Shown in pieces: positions 37,201 through 47,881 of a DNA stretch of 64,000 bases. The notes below the pieces were generated by a model, which saw nothing but the letters and a program-made list of their open reading frames with translations, was not told the origin of the DNA and made no database searches. Source of the stretch: Minisyncoccota bacterium (GTDB taxonomy: Bacteria; Patescibacteriota; Minisyncoccia; Phycocordibacterales; UBA9973); contig DAOQAL010000001.1 of assembly GCA_035353995.1 (NCBI GenBank), positions 4,020-68,019 of the forward strand. Reading direction: 5' to 3'. A program made the translations under genes and the position numbers. Position 1 is the first letter of the stretch; every line of letters starts with the position of its first letter.

Positions 37201-38935
37201 CTCTTAAAACTTCTTCAAGAGAAGTAAGCCCTTGAACAGCTTTCAAAATTCCATCTTCAAGCATTGTAGACATACCTTCTTTTACTGCTTGAGCTTCTAT
37301 TTGATCTTGAGAACCTCCACTAATAATTAGTTCTTTTATACTTGATGTAACTTTAAGGACTTCATGAATACCAAGTCGTCCTGAATATTCTTCCTCTGAA
37401 CCACTTACCTTACCAGGTTTATAAAATGGAACTTTATCCCAAGAATCTTTTGGGCCAACAATGTTTTCTTTTTTAAGAAACTCTAAAACTCTATCAAGAT
37501 TAATTATTTTTGCTAAATTTTTTAACTCAGGATCAGATAAAAAATATTTTTCTTTATTTCCTGTAAGTCTACGAACCAATCTTTGTGCAATAATAGTTTT
37601 AACAGTAGAAACTAGCAAAAATGGTTCTACTTTCATATCTATCAATCTTGGAATTGCACCTGAAGCAGAATTTGTATGTATTGTTGAAAGAACAAGGTGC
37701 CCAGTAAGTGCCGCGTTTACAGCCAATCCAGCTGTCTCTGTATCACGAATCTCACCAACCATTATTATATCTGGATCTTGTCTAAGCAAGGTTCTAAGAC
37801 CATTAGCAAATGTCATACCAATCTCTGGTCTAACTTGTGTTTGATTTACTCTTTGCATTTGATATTCTATAGGATCTTCAATTGTAGAAATATTTACTTC
37901 TGGTTTATTCAAAATATCAAGCATAGTATAAAGTGTTGTAGTTTTTCCGGATCCAGTTGGACCAGTTGCAAGAACCATTCCAATTTTTTGTTTTAAAGAA
38001 TCGTGAATTTTTTCCAATCCATCACCATGAAAGCCTATTCCCTCTAAAGAAAGTCCGTGTGAATTTTCTTTCAAAATTCTTATAACTGTTTTTTCACCAA
38101 AATAAGTTGGTAATGTAGAAACACGAAAAGAAATTTTTTCTCCATTCTGATCTATTTTAAATCTTCCATCTTGAGGCAATCTTTTTTCATCAAGTTTTAA
38201 ATTTGATAAAACTTTTATACGAGCTGTTATGCCTGGAGCTGCTGTTTTATCCAATGCCATTGCATCATGCAAAATACCATCAATTCTATATCTTACATTT
38301 AGCTCAGTTTCACCAGGTTCAATGTGTATATCCGAAGCATTTTGTAAAATTGCATGAAAAATTAAAGAATCAACAATTTTAATTATTGGCAAATCCTCTG
38401 CCATTTCTTTTAATTCTTCTTCTGACTTTTCTCCTTCATCTTTTGAAATTGTTTTTATTGAAGCAGTTTCTTTCTGTATAATATTTCCAAACTCAGCCTG
38501 TAAACTTTTCCTATACTGAACAAGAGCAGATTTTATTGAAGCCGTATCTGTAAGTCTTGGTAAGATTTTTAATCCTGATCTTTTTTTAACAAAGTCTGTC
38601 ACAGGTATATCATCAACATCAAGCATTGCAACTTCAAGGCTTGTTTCACTTTTTTTATAAGCAATAATATTATGATTTCTAGCAATAGGTTCTGGTATAA
38701 GAGACAATACAGCAATATCAATTTTTTGATCCACTAAACTAACAAATGGTATACCGAGAACAAAAGCTTCTAGTCGTCTGAGATCAGCTTCAGAAATTTT
38801 TCCATCAGAGAGTAAAATGTCACTAAGTTTTTGTTTTTTTTCTTTAGCTTTTTTAACAGCTTCATCAATATCAGAACGAGAAATAAGTTTTGACTCTAAA
38901 ATAAATTTTATTAATTGCCCTTCGTCAATTTGCAT
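37187..38935 (-). CDS. pilB: Type IV pilus assembly ATPase PilB (GspE family; start taken at MQIDEGQLIKF)
   Basis: N-terminal GSPII_E_N domain, Walker A ATGPTGSGKTTTLY, Asp box, Walker B and His box. Confidence 0.85.
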   Translation of the reverse strand: MQIDEGQLIKFILESKLISRSDIDEAVKKAKEKKQKLSDILLSDGKISEADLRRLEAFVLGIPFVSLVDQKIDIAVLSLIPEPIARNHNIIAYKKSETSLEVAMLDVDDIPVTDFVKKRSGLKILPRLTDTASIKSALVQYRKSLQAEFGNIIQKETASIKTISKDEGEKSEEELKEMAEDLPIIKIVDSLIFHAILQNASDIHIEPGETELNVRYRIDGILHDAMALDKTAAPGITARIKVLSNLKLDEKRLPQDGRFKIDQNGEKISFRVSTLPTYFGEKTVIRILKENSHGLSLEGIGFHGDGLEKIHDSLKQKIGMVLATGPTGSGKTTTLYTMLDILNKPEVNISTIEDPIEYQMQRVNQTQVRPEIGMTFANGLRTLLRQDPDIIMVGEIRDTETAGLAVNAALTGHLVLSTIHTNSASGAIPRLIDMKVEPFLLVSTVKTIIAQRLVRRLTGNKEKYFLSDPELKNLAKIINLDRVLEFLKKENIVGPKDSWDKVPFYKPGKVSGSEEEYSGRLGIHEVLKVTSSIKELIISGGSQDQIEAQAVKEGMSTMLEDGILKAVQGLTSLEEVLRVVSE

Positions 38936-38953
38936 ATTCTTATTATAACAAAA

Positions 38954-38978
38954 AATTCCCCTTCTGGGGAATTTTTTG
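38954..38978 (-). terminator. Terminator hairpin between the CARDB-protein gene and pilB
   Basis: AATTCCCC-TTCT-GGGGAATT palindrome with T/A runs on both sides. Confidence 0.45.
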
Positions 38979-38996
38979 TTATCTATAAAATAAATT

Positions 38997-41900
38997 TTAT
39001 CTTTCAATATATTTTTGAATCTTTTTACAAGCTTTACAATCAGGTCCTCCACAATCTATTCCTGTTTCTTCACCATCTTGTATACCATTGGAACAAGAAG
39101 AAGATCCTGAACTTGAACAAGAAACTGTAGCACCACCATTTATACCTTCACAGTCCCATGTTAATTTAGTTTCATCTTGATTAGTACTATAACCAGCCAA
39201 ACAACTGAACAATTCTGTTCCACAAACACCGTCAACTTTTTCTCCTTCCTTTACAACATTAACAGAGATAGAAGAAGTTGAATTTGCAAAATTTGTTTTT
39301 TCACAAGTAATTTTAAAAGTATGAGTTCCAAGAGTTAAACCTGAAATACTTTCAGTGTGAGTACCATCGCTAGCTGATTTTGATCCAGACCATTCACCTG
39401 AAGCTGTACATCTATCAGGAGAACCAGAAACAACCCAAATTAGTTTAGTTGTATTTGTAGGAAGAACCATTGTCATAGGTTCAGCAGAAAGATTTACACT
39501 CATTGATGTTTGAGATCCGTCTCCAACAGTTATCGTAGCAAGATGTCCACAGTTATTATTTTCATTTGATTCAACAATGTCACCATTTGTATCACTGCTA
39601 TTGCTCTTATCAGCACAAATACGAGCATAGTATTTACCAGCTGTAGTAAATGTATGAGATTTTGTCATTACATTACTCTGTCCAGAACCAAGTGCATTCA
39701 TCCACGTTGCAGGAGTTACATCAGTAAATGTTGTTCCATCTGTTGAAAATTGAATAAAATTATAAAAACCTTGACCTGTAGAGACAGAACCTATATTAGA
39801 TATTGTTGATGAAAAACTTGTATTTACGCCAACGTCAACAGAAGTTGGTGTAACGCTACTTGCAGTTAAATCAGGCAGTTGCGAATTATTACTTATTACT
39901 ATTGTTGTCCAATGTCCACAGTTATTATTTTCATTTGATTCGTCTATTGTACCTGTATTTGCTGGTCCTGTTTTATCAGCACATGCTCGGAAATAATATG
40001 TTCCCGTTGAACCAAAAGTATAATTTGCATTAGTTATATTACTTGCCTGAGAATCTAGTTCAGGCATAAGTGTTGCTGGTAAATTTTCTATAGGTGTATT
40101 GTCTGCATAAGCTTTTGGTAATAAATTAGTTAATATGTTATTTTTTTGTATTGAAGCAGAAGCATTTGTTGAAATTTGGAAGAAATTATAGAAACTTGCT
40201 CCAGTAGAAGCAGATCCAATATTTTTTACAGTTGAAGAAAGTTTTACTGATACATTTGGCTGAGCTGAAGTAGGTGTGCCATAAGTATTTATAGTAAGAT
40301 CTGGTTTTGAAACTGATGATGTCGCTGTAATCGTTGTCCAAGGTCCACAGTTATTATTTTCATTTGATTCACTAACTACACCTGCATTTGCTGGCTCTGT
40401 TTTATCGGCACATGCTCTGAAATAATATGTACCTTCTGGAGAGAAAGTATATTTCGCAATTGTATTACTACTCTGACCAGCTAATAAGGCATTCATTTTA
40501 GTTGATGGTAAGTTTATATATTCTCCAACAGTACCACCACCTTCTTCAGCAAAAACTTTAGTAAAGATAGAACCAATTAAACTTTTTTTATGATTAAATG
40601 TTGATTGTTTTTGTTCAGGATCTGTTAAAGATATTTGAAAGAAATTAGAAAATTGTGAGCCAGTAGGTCCTGTTTCTTTATTTCCTATATTTTTTACTTT
40701 ACAAACTAATGTTGTCTCTTGACCTGCTTCTGCAGAGACAGGAGTACAAGAAGTATTTATAGTAAGATCTGGTTTTGAAATAATATCTATATAAGTACTA
40801 TCGTCTGCTGTACTTTGAGCACTATGACATAAAACACTATAAGTAGTTGCTGATGTTATTTGATCTGTAAAAGTACAATTTTGTCTTGGATATGTACATG
40901 AGGTAGTGTAGTTTACTGGTAAAGGACTAGAAGGACTTACTAAATCACAATAAGTTGCATTAGTAGAAGACCAGTGCACAGTAAATTGTTGATTTGGTGG
41001 AATACTACTAATAGCAACACCATTTGTATCATAAGTTCCAATATCAACTGTTGGACCTGATATTGTTACAAGAGCACTTCCTGTGGCTGTTGCACTTGGT
41101 ACATTTGTACCAGAATCGTAAGAACAACCAGAATGATTAGAACATTCTGTAAAATTAAATCCTGAGCAAGAATTTGTCACTGCATCAACCCAAGAACAAT
41201 GGTGATATCCACCATAAGTTCCATAACATTGTTCTTCTGTATTTGTTGAAGAATTACACTGTCCGTAGTCTGCCTCTTGTGGAACACGATATCGATTACA
41301 ATAACCAGGAGTTGCTACATAAGATCCAGAACAACCAGGCGAAGTTACTTGTTGATTACGTGTACAAGAAACACTATAAGAAGTTGAAGTTGCTGGAGTA
41401 ACAACAAAAGAACCTGTCTTGCCAGTTCCATGACCACCAGAATCACAAACATCTGCACCAGTAGATGTCCAGCTAATAGTTGATGATTCTTTAGGATCAA
41501 TTGTTGATGGAGTTGCTATAACAGTAACTGTTGGTGAAGCAATAACATTAACAATAACTGCACTTGATACGGACCCTCCTTCATTTAAACATGACAAAGT
41601 ATAAGTATAAGCTCCAGCAGTATTAATCACACCAGTAGAAACACCAGAATTTGAAGTACCACTGCCACTTATGCCATTACCAGATAAATTACAAGAAGTT
41701 GCACCAGTAGATGTCCAGCTAATAGTTGATGAGTTACCAGCACCGATTGTTGATGGAGTTGCAGCTATATTAATAGTTGGCGCATTAACAACTATATATG
41801 AAATAGTATCAGATCCATATAAACCAAATGCCATTAAATTAAAAATAGCATCATAAACTCCAGCTATGCTTGGAGTTGCTCCTACATATACACCATCAAG

Positions 41901-42206
41901 ATAATCTACAGTTGGGCTAAAAGCACCAGAAAATATTGTATGTTCTGTTTCTGTTGTAACCTTTGAAGAAGCAGAAGAAGAAGCTGGTGTACCAGTAGAA
42001 GACATATCACTAAAAAATGTTATTGGTACGCCTGGGAAGAAAATTGTTTGGAAAAGCTCTACAGTACCAGATGCACAAGCACCACTTTTGGGATTACATC
42101 CTAAATCAACGGTATCTGCATTGGTAAAATTAACCAAACAAAAACTACTAAATAAAAATATAAAAACAAAAACTAATAAAAAATTAAAAACTTTATGTAA
42201 TTTCAT
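38997..42206 (-). CDS. Large secreted surface protein with at least three CARDB-like repeats and a Cys-rich C-terminal module
   Basis: Signal peptide (MKLHKVFNFLLVFVFIFLFSSFC). Repeats of about 130 aa share PDLT(I/A)..., KNIGS.STG, FYNFFQIS and YYFRACADKT...ESNENNNCG(H/P)W motifs (CARDB consensus ...ESNE.NN). The C-terminus has ~12 Cys (CGTELFSC...CEGINGG...CSSSGSSSCSNG...CGGPDCKAC). Confidence 0.6.
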   Translation of the reverse strand: MKLHKVFNFLLVFVFIFLFSSFCLVNFTNADTVDLGCNPKSGACASGTVELFQTIFFPGVPITFFSDMSSTGTPASSSASSKVTTETEHTIFSGAFSPTVDYLDGVYVGATPSIAGVYDAIFNLMAFGLYGSDTISYIVVNAPTINIAATPSTIGAGNSSTISWTSTGATSCNLSGNGISGSGTSNSGVSTGVINTAGAYTYTLSCLNEGGSVSSAVIVNVIASPTVTVIATPSTIDPKESSTISWTSTGADVCDSGGHGTGKTGSFVVTPATSTSYSVSCTRNQQVTSPGCSGSYVATPGYCNRYRVPQEADYGQCNSSTNTEEQCYGTYGGYHHCSWVDAVTNSCSGFNFTECSNHSGCSYDSGTNVPSATATGSALVTISGPTVDIGTYDTNGVAISSIPPNQQFTVHWSSTNATYCDLVSPSSPLPVNYTTSCTYPRQNCTFTDQITSATTYSVLCHSAQSTADDSTYIDIISKPDLTINTSCTPVSAEAGQETTLVCKVKNIGNKETGPTGSQFSNFFQISLTDPEQKQSTFNHKKSLIGSIFTKVFAEEGGGTVGEYINLPSTKMNALLAGQSSNTIAKYTFSPEGTYYFRACADKTEPANAGVVSESNENNNCGPWTTITATSSVSKPDLTINTYGTPTSAQPNVSVKLSSTVKNIGSASTGASFYNFFQISTNASASIQKNNILTNLLPKAYADNTPIENLPATLMPELDSQASNITNANYTFGSTGTYYFRACADKTGPANTGTIDESNENNNCGHWTTIVISNNSQLPDLTASSVTPTSVDVGVNTSFSSTISNIGSVSTGQGFYNFIQFSTDGTTFTDVTPATWMNALGSGQSNVMTKSHTFTTAGKYYARICADKSNSSDTNGDIVESNENNNCGHLATITVGDGSQTSMSVNLSAEPMTMVLPTNTTKLIWVVSGSPDRCTASGEWSGSKSASDGTHTESISGLTLGTHTFKITCEKTNFANSTSSISVNVVKEGEKVDGVCGTELFSCLAGYSTNQDETKLTWDCEGINGGATVSCSSSGSSSCSNGIQDGEETGIDCGGPDCKACKKIQKYIER

Positions 42207-42372
42207 ATAAAAATTGTTAATAATATTAAAATAAACTTTGCATTTTAATAATAACATATTTTAAACAACCTATTATATAAATGTTAATAACTAAACAAAA
42301 AAAAGGGGCATGGACAAAATCCAACCCCGATTTTTTATATAGTCTCCATATCTCAAAACAACGAGAATAGAG

Positions 42373-43368
42373 TCAGTTCAAATTTTCAAAAGTCCACCTT
42401 GATATGGGAGGGTTACCACCTCCTTCAGCAGATAAAACCATACCTTCTGCTGAAATTGAGACCAATTTAGTAAACCAGCCACCCCAATTTAGGTATGTTT
42501 CACATAAAATTTCTTCCCAATGCCAACGTCCATTTCCGGCAAGCGTCCCATCGGAAATGTGGAAAGCTACATATGATCCATCAGAATAAAAGTATGTTAC
42601 TTCATCAGCTAAATTTGATGGTAATGCAATTGTATCAAGAGAATTCCAATCATAACCACACTCCCACACGACTGCGTGTTTTCCACCATGTGTAAGATGA
42701 TAGTCCTTATCAATAACAATTACATTAATCGTTAAAACTGGCGGAGTGTAAGAGCCAATTTCGTTGGTAAATGTGATCTCGTAGGTTGTTGTCTCTGATA
42801 GTACAACAGTCATTGAATCGTTAGTTTGGACTGTAGTGTCTTTACCATTGATTTTCAAAATAGCTGAAGTAGCATTCTCCGATGACCAACAAATTGTTGT
42901 ACTGTCGCCAGGATTCCGTTCTGTTGAAGGTTTTGCAATGATAGAGCCTATTGGTTCTTCTATAACGTATACTACTTTAACGGTAGCATTTCTTACCTCA
43001 ACTTTACCCCCTTTTATTAATGTAATAGAAAAAATAGTATCGGAGGTGATAGGGCCAGAGTAAAAAAGTTCGTTTTCATCAATAGATGTGGTATCAGATC
43101 CTGCAGATACTAAAATTTGTTCTGCATTGGATATGACTTTAATAGTTATAGGGTTACCTTCAAAGACGGAAACTGTTATTGTTGTTTCCCCTTTGGGAAA
43201 AAGGACATTGTTAACGGAAATTGCCGTCACGGAAAGAGTTTCCTCCACAATCGGAGGATCAATTGAATCTTTCTCGCATCCTGAAAAAAACAGGATGCAA
43301 AGGGCAAGAAACGGACTCAGGTAACGCCTGAGCGTTTCTTTCCTAAGTTCATTCTTTCTTGCTTTCAT
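42373..43368 (-). CDS. Lipoprotein (lipobox LFFSGC) with Ig-like beta-rich domains; GC-atypical
   Basis: Signal peptide plus a Cys lipobox; 331 aa. Local GC is about 40%, against about 28% in the flanks. Confidence 0.5.
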   Translation of the reverse strand: MKARKNELRKETLRRYLSPFLALCILFFSGCEKDSIDPPIVEETLSVTAISVNNVLFPKGETTITVSVFEGNPITIKVISNAEQILVSAGSDTTSIDENELFYSGPITSDTIFSITLIKGGKVEVRNATVKVVYVIEEPIGSIIAKPSTERNPGDSTTICWSSENATSAILKINGKDTTVQTNDSMTVVLSETTTYEITFTNEIGSYTPPVLTINVIVIDKDYHLTHGGKHAVVWECGYDWNSLDTIALPSNLADEVTYFYSDGSYVAFHISDGTLAGNGRWHWEEILCETYLNWGGWFTKLVSISAEGMVLSAEGGGNPPISRWTFENLN

Positions 43369-43519
43369 GTGAGACTTTATTTTGTTTTGTGATTTTCAAG
43401 GGTTTAAAAGTATTCTATATATTTTAAATATTGCTTTAAAATAGCGAAATAAAACACTTTTTAACTTGACAATTCATTCAAGATATATTCTACCATTATT
43501 ATTGAACCTGTCAAATTGG

Positions 43520-43537
43520 TTATCCACTTTATCCACA
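43520..43537 (+). promoter_or_regulatory. Two tandem DnaA-box-like 9-mers (TTATCCACT, TTATCCACA) in the nusA upstream region
   Basis: One perfect and one 8/9 match to the TTATCCACA consensus, as a direct repeat with 0-1 nt spacing. Their function is uncertain. Confidence 0.3.
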
Positions 43538-43661
43538 GGTGCAAAAATATTAAAAAATTGATATTTTTTGCTATTGCTTTTTAAAAAATTAAATGGTACA
43601 TTAAAGTCATATGAGTCCTGTCGCAACAGGGCTTTTTTACAAAAAATTTAATAAAAATACA

Positions 43662-44885
43662 ATGTTGGACATAAAAACATTTAAGTCGGCCCTAGAACAA
43701 CTAGAAGAAGAAAGAAAAATTCCAAAAGAGAAAATTTTGGATGCTATTGAACAAGCTATGGCTGCTGCTTATAAAAAAGATTATGGTAAAAAGGGACAAA
43801 TTATTCGTGCTAAGTTTGATCTAGAAACTGGGAAAACAGATTTTTTCCAGATAAAAATCGTTGTTGATGAATCTATAGTAAAGATAGAGGAAGAAGGAGA
43901 TGAAGAAAAAGAGTATTCTATAAAAGATGAAAATGACGAACGTGTGCATTTCAATCCAGAGCATCACATCATGATAGAAGATGCAAAAAAAATAAAAAAA
44001 GATGTACAGCTTAATGATGAAGTGGTATTTCCACTTGAATCAAAAGACGATTATGGTCGTATTGCAGCACAAACAGCAAAACAAGTAATTGTACAAAGAA
44101 TACGAGAAGCAGAACGCACTTCTATTATTGATGAATATGGTACAAAAGAAGGAGAAATAATCGGTGGTATTGTACAAAAGATAGAAAGAGGAAATGTATA
44201 TATCGATTTCAATCGTGCTACAGGAGTTTTACCAGCAGAAGAACAAATCCCTGGAGAATATTTACAAAGAGGACAAAGAATACGAGCTTATTTATATTCT
44301 GTAGAAGATACACCAAGAGGAATCAACTTAAGACTTTCACGTACTCATCCAAAATTTATAGAAAAACTTTTCTCTGTTGAAGCTCCAGAAATTCAAACTG
44401 GAGTTGTAGAAATAAAATCAATAGCTAGAGAAGCTGGAGCAAGATCAAAAATCGCTGTTCATTCAAACGATGAACATATTGATCCTGTAGGATCTTGTGT
44501 TGGACAAAAAGGAACAAGAGTAAACACAATTACTGGAGAATTAGGTGGAGAAAAAATTGATATTATTCCATGGTCAGAAGATCCAAAAGTTTTTGTTTCT
44601 AATTCCCTATCACCTGCAAAAGTTTTGTCTATAGAAGTTGATGAAAAAGAACACAAAGCAGTAGTAGAAGTTTCTGATGATCAATTGTCTCTTGCAATAG
44701 GAAAAGGAGGACAAAATGTTCGTCTTGCAGCAAAACTTACAGGTTGGAGAATAGACATAAAAGGTAATGGAGGAGTTGAAGTTGCTTCAACAGATGGAGA
44801 TAAAGTTGAATTAAATGAAAATGAAGGAGGAGAAGAAGTAAAAGAAGAAAAAGAAAAAAAATCAAAAACAAAAAAGTCAAAATAG
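43662..44885 (+). CDS. nusA: Transcription termination/antitermination factor NusA (start taken at MLDIKTF)
   Basis: NusA N-terminal domain, S1 domain (GEIIGGIVQKIERGNVYIDF), two KH domains (GSCVGQKGTRVNTI; IGKGGQNVRLAAKLTGWRIDI) and an acidic/K-rich tail. Confidence 0.85.
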   Translation: MLDIKTFKSALEQLEEERKIPKEKILDAIEQAMAAAYKKDYGKKGQIIRAKFDLETGKTDFFQIKIVVDESIVKIEEEGDEEKEYSIKDENDERVHFNPEHHIMIEDAKKIKKDVQLNDEVVFPLESKDDYGRIAAQTAKQVIVQRIREAERTSIIDEYGTKEGEIIGGIVQKIERGNVYIDFNRATGVLPAEEQIPGEYLQRGQRIRAYLYSVEDTPRGINLRLSRTHPKFIEKLFSVEAPEIQTGVVEIKSIAREAGARSKIAVHSNDEHIDPVGSCVGQKGTRVNTITGELGGEKIDIIPWSEDPKVFVSNSLSPAKVLSIEVDEKEHKAVVEVSDDQLSLAIGKGGQNVRLAAKLTGWRIDIKGNGGVEVASTDGDKVELNENEGGEEVKEEKEKKSKTKKSK

Positions 44886-44987
44886 TCCACTTAAGTTGGT
44901 AAATACAACTAAGCGGGATAAATTATTATTAGTAATTATTAATTTGCTTCGTCGTATATAAATAAAGACGTAGCCTAATAAAAAAAT

Positions 44988-46988
44988 ATGAATTCATATT
45001 TATTGTTTGCGATTATTAGTGCAGTTATTGCAATAGTCTATGGATTATTCCTTGCAAAAACAATCATAAAAAAAAGCGCGGGAAATGAGAAAATGCAATC
45101 AATAGCAAATGCTATTTCTGAAGGTGCAAAAGCTTATTTAAATAGGCAATACAAAACTATTGGTATTATTGCTGTTATTCTTTTCTTTGTTTTGTGGTTT
45201 GCTTTAGGAATAAATTCTGCTATCGGTTTTATTTTTGGAGCAATTCTTTCAGCTCTTGCTGGATATATAGGAATGAATGTTTCTGTTAGAGCAAATGTAA
45301 GAACAACAGAAGCTGCAAGGGGTGGTTTGAAAAATGCTCTTAGTCTTGCTTTTAAAGGAGGAACAGTAACAGGACTTTTAGTTGTCGGACTTGCACTTCT
45401 TGGAGTATCTGTACTTTATGGAGTACTTGGCGATGTAAAAGCATTAATTGGTCTTGGTTTTGGAGCATCTTTAATTTCAGTATTCGCAAGATTGGGTGGA
45501 GGAATTTTTACAAAAGCAGCAGATGTTGGTGCTGACCTTGTAGGAAAAATCGAAGCTGGAATTCCAGAAGATGATCCAAGAAATCCAGCAGTTATAGCAG
45601 ACAATGTTGGAGATAATGTTGGAGATTGTGCAGGAATGGCTGCTGATCTTTTTGAGACTTATGCAGTTACTTCTGTTGCAACTATGCTTTTAGGTTCATT
45701 ATTGTTTGCTGGTTTTGATAACGCAATTTTCTATCCTCTTGCATTGGGAGGAGTTGCAATTATATGTTCAATTATCGGAACTTGGTTTGTAAAACTTGGA
45801 AAGAAAAATAATATTATGGGTGCTCTTTATAAAGGACTAATTGCTGCTGGACTTTTAGCAGCTGCAGCTTTTTATCCTATAACAAAACTTTTAATGGCTG
45901 ATAATCCTGGAGGATATTCTGTTTCTGATTTATTTATTTGTTCAATTACAGGTTTATTAGTAACTGGAGCTATCGTAATAATTACAGAATATTACACATC
46001 TACAAAATACTCACCTGTAAAATCTATCGCCAAGGCTTCAGTTTCCGGACATGGAACAAATGTAATTCAAGGATTGGCAATTTCAATGAAAGCTACAGCA
46101 CTACCACTTATTACTATTGTTCTAGGAATCTTAGTTACTTATTATTTTGGAGGATTATACGGTATAGCAGTAGCTGCAATGGCAATGCTTTCTATGACAG
46201 GTATTATAGTTGCTATTGATGCTTATGGACCAATCACAGACAATGCTGGTGGTATTGCAGAAATGGCAGAACTTCCAAAAGAAGTTAGAGATGTTACAGA
46301 TCCATTAGATGCTGTTGGAAATACAACAAAAGCAGTTACAAAAGGTTATGCAATAGGTTCTGCTGGACTTGCAGCGCTTGTTCTTTTTTCTACTTATACA
46401 GAAGAGATACAAGCAATAACAGGCGAAGCACTTAAATTTGATTTGAGTAATCCAAAAGTAATTATTGGATTATTTATTGGAGGACTTTTGCCATATTATT
46501 TCGGAGCACTTTGTATGGAAGCAGTAGGAAAGACAGCTGGAAAAGTTGTTGAAGAAGTTCGAAGACAATTTAAGGAAATAAAAGGAATAATGGATGGATC
46601 TGGAAAACCAGAGTATGGAAAGTGTGTTGACATAGTCACAGGAAGTGCAATCAAACAAATGATTATACCTGCTCTTATACCAGTATTGGCTCCTATATTG
46701 GTTGGATTTTTACTTGGACCAGTAGCATTGGGTGGTTTACTTGTAGGATCAATAATAACAGGACTCTTTGTCGCTATTTCCATGACATCAGGAGGAGGCG
46801 CTTGGGATAATGCAAAAAAATATATTGAATCTGGAAATTATGGAGGCAAAGGTGGAGATGCTCATAAAGCAGCAGTAACAGGAGATACAGTCGGTGATCC
46901 TTACAAAGACACAGCTGGTCCAGCTATTAACCCTATGATTAAGATTCTAAACATTGTTGCTTTGCTGATAGTTGCATTCTTAATCTAA
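44988..46988 (+). CDS. hppA: Membrane-integral proton-translocating pyrophosphatase, K+-independent type
   Basis: [30 protein letters not shown] and the GNTTKA motif (Lys, not Ala, at the K+-dependence determinant). 16 predicted TM helices. Confidence 0.9.
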   Translation: MNSYLLFAIISAVIAIVYGLFLAKTIIKKSAGNEKMQSIANAISEGAKAYLNRQYKTIGIIAVILFFVLWFALGINSAIGFIFGAILSALAGYIGMNVSVRANVRTTEAARGGLKNALSLAFKGGTVTGLLVVGLALLGVSVLYGVLGDVKALIGLGFGASLISVFARLGGGIFTKAADVGADLVGKIEAGIPEDDPRNPAVIADNVGDNVGDCAGMAADLFETYAVTSVATMLLGSLLFAGFDNAIFYPLALGGVAIICSIIGTWFVKLGKKNNIMGALYKGLIAAGLLAAAAFYPITKLLMADNPGGYSVSDLFICSITGLLVTGAIVIITEYYTSTKYSPVKSIAKASVSGHGTNVIQGLAISMKATALPLITIVLGILVTYYFGGLYGIAVAAMAMLSMTGIIVAIDAYGPITDNAGGIAEMAELPKEVRDVTDPLDAVGNTTKAVTKGYAIGSAGLAALVLFSTYTEEIQAITGEALKFDLSNPKVIIGLFIGGLLPYYFGALCMEAVGKTAGKVVEEVRRQFKEIKGIMDGSGKPEYGKCVDIVTGSAIKQMIIPALIPVLAPILVGFLLGPVALGGLLVGSIITGLFVAISMTSGGGAWDNAKKYIESGNYGGKGGDAHKAAVTGDTVGDPYKDTAGPAINPMIKILNIVALLIVAFLI

Positions 46989-47009
46989 TAATTAATTAGA
47001 CCAAATAAA

Positions 47010-47036
47010 AACCCCGCAAAACGGGGTTTTTATTTT
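47010..47036 (+). terminator. Intrinsic terminator after hppA
   Basis: AAAACCCCG-CAAAA-CGGGGTTTTTATTTTT. Confidence 0.6.
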
Positions 47037-47140
47037 TATATTTTTATGTAATAAAATATATGTCACAAACGTCATAAAAGATGTATAATAAAATATTGCA
47101 AAAGGTCAATTATCAATTTAATAATTATTATTAGTAATTT

Positions 47141-47863
47141 ATGAAAAAATATTTAAGTACACTTTTCGTTATTGCTCTAACATTTTCTATTTCAACATCA
47201 TTTGCTCAAGCAGAAAATGGTAATTCTTCTAATTCAGAAGAAAAAGGAGGAATAAAAAGTGAAATAAAAGATATAAAAGCTAGTTTGCAACAAGAAAAAG
47301 AAAATGTAAAAGATACGATACAGGCACAAAAGGAAGAAATGAAAACAGAAATCGAGAGAATAAGAACTGAAGCAAAACAAAAAATGGATGCCTTAAAAGC
47401 AAAAGTCCAAATAGAAACAGACAAAGTAAAAGTGAAGTTAGCAGAAACAAGAATTACAGGCAGAGAGCAAGCATTGGAACGATTTGATCAAGCAATTGAA
47501 AGAATAAATAGCTTAAAAGACAGAACTAACGAAAAAATTATAAAGCTTGAAGTAGCTGGCTTTGATGTACAGACTGCAAAAGATAGTGTATCGATAGCTG
47601 AAGAAAAAGTATTAGAAGCTAAATCAAAAGTTGCAGAAGCAAGTACAATACTTTCAGGTTCAACTAATCAATTAACAAAAGAACAAAAAACTAAATTAGT
47701 TGAGTTAACACAAGAAACACAAAATCTTATAAAAGAGGCTCATTCTGCATTAAATGACGCTGTAAAATACATGAAAACATTAGTGGAAGAAAAAATAAAA
47801 TCTGAAGCTAATACAAATAACGAAAACGAAGAAGAAACTGGGAATAATCAAGAAGTTCAATAA
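47141..47863 (+). CDS. Secreted coiled-coil protein (K/E-rich), unknown function
   Basis: Signal peptide ending ...SFAQAENG, then about 200 aa of heptad-like KE-rich sequence. Confidence 0.45.
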   Translation: MKKYLSTLFVIALTFSISTSFAQAENGNSSNSEEKGGIKSEIKDIKASLQQEKENVKDTIQAQKEEMKTEIERIRTEAKQKMDALKAKVQIETDKVKVKLAETRITGREQALERFDQAIERINSLKDRTNEKIIKLEVAGFDVQTAKDSVSIAEEKVLEAKSKVAEASTILSGSTNQLTKEQKTKLVELTQETQNLIKEAHSALNDAVKYMKTLVEEKIKSEANTNNENEEETGNNQEVQ

Positions 47864-47881
47864 TTATTATTAACCCGACAA

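Noticed and set aside
43520-43537. DnaA boxes as a chromosomal origin (oriC)
   Set aside because: Only two boxes, no dnaA/dnaN nearby, and no AT-rich DUE with 13-mer repeats. More likely a regulatory site, or chance.
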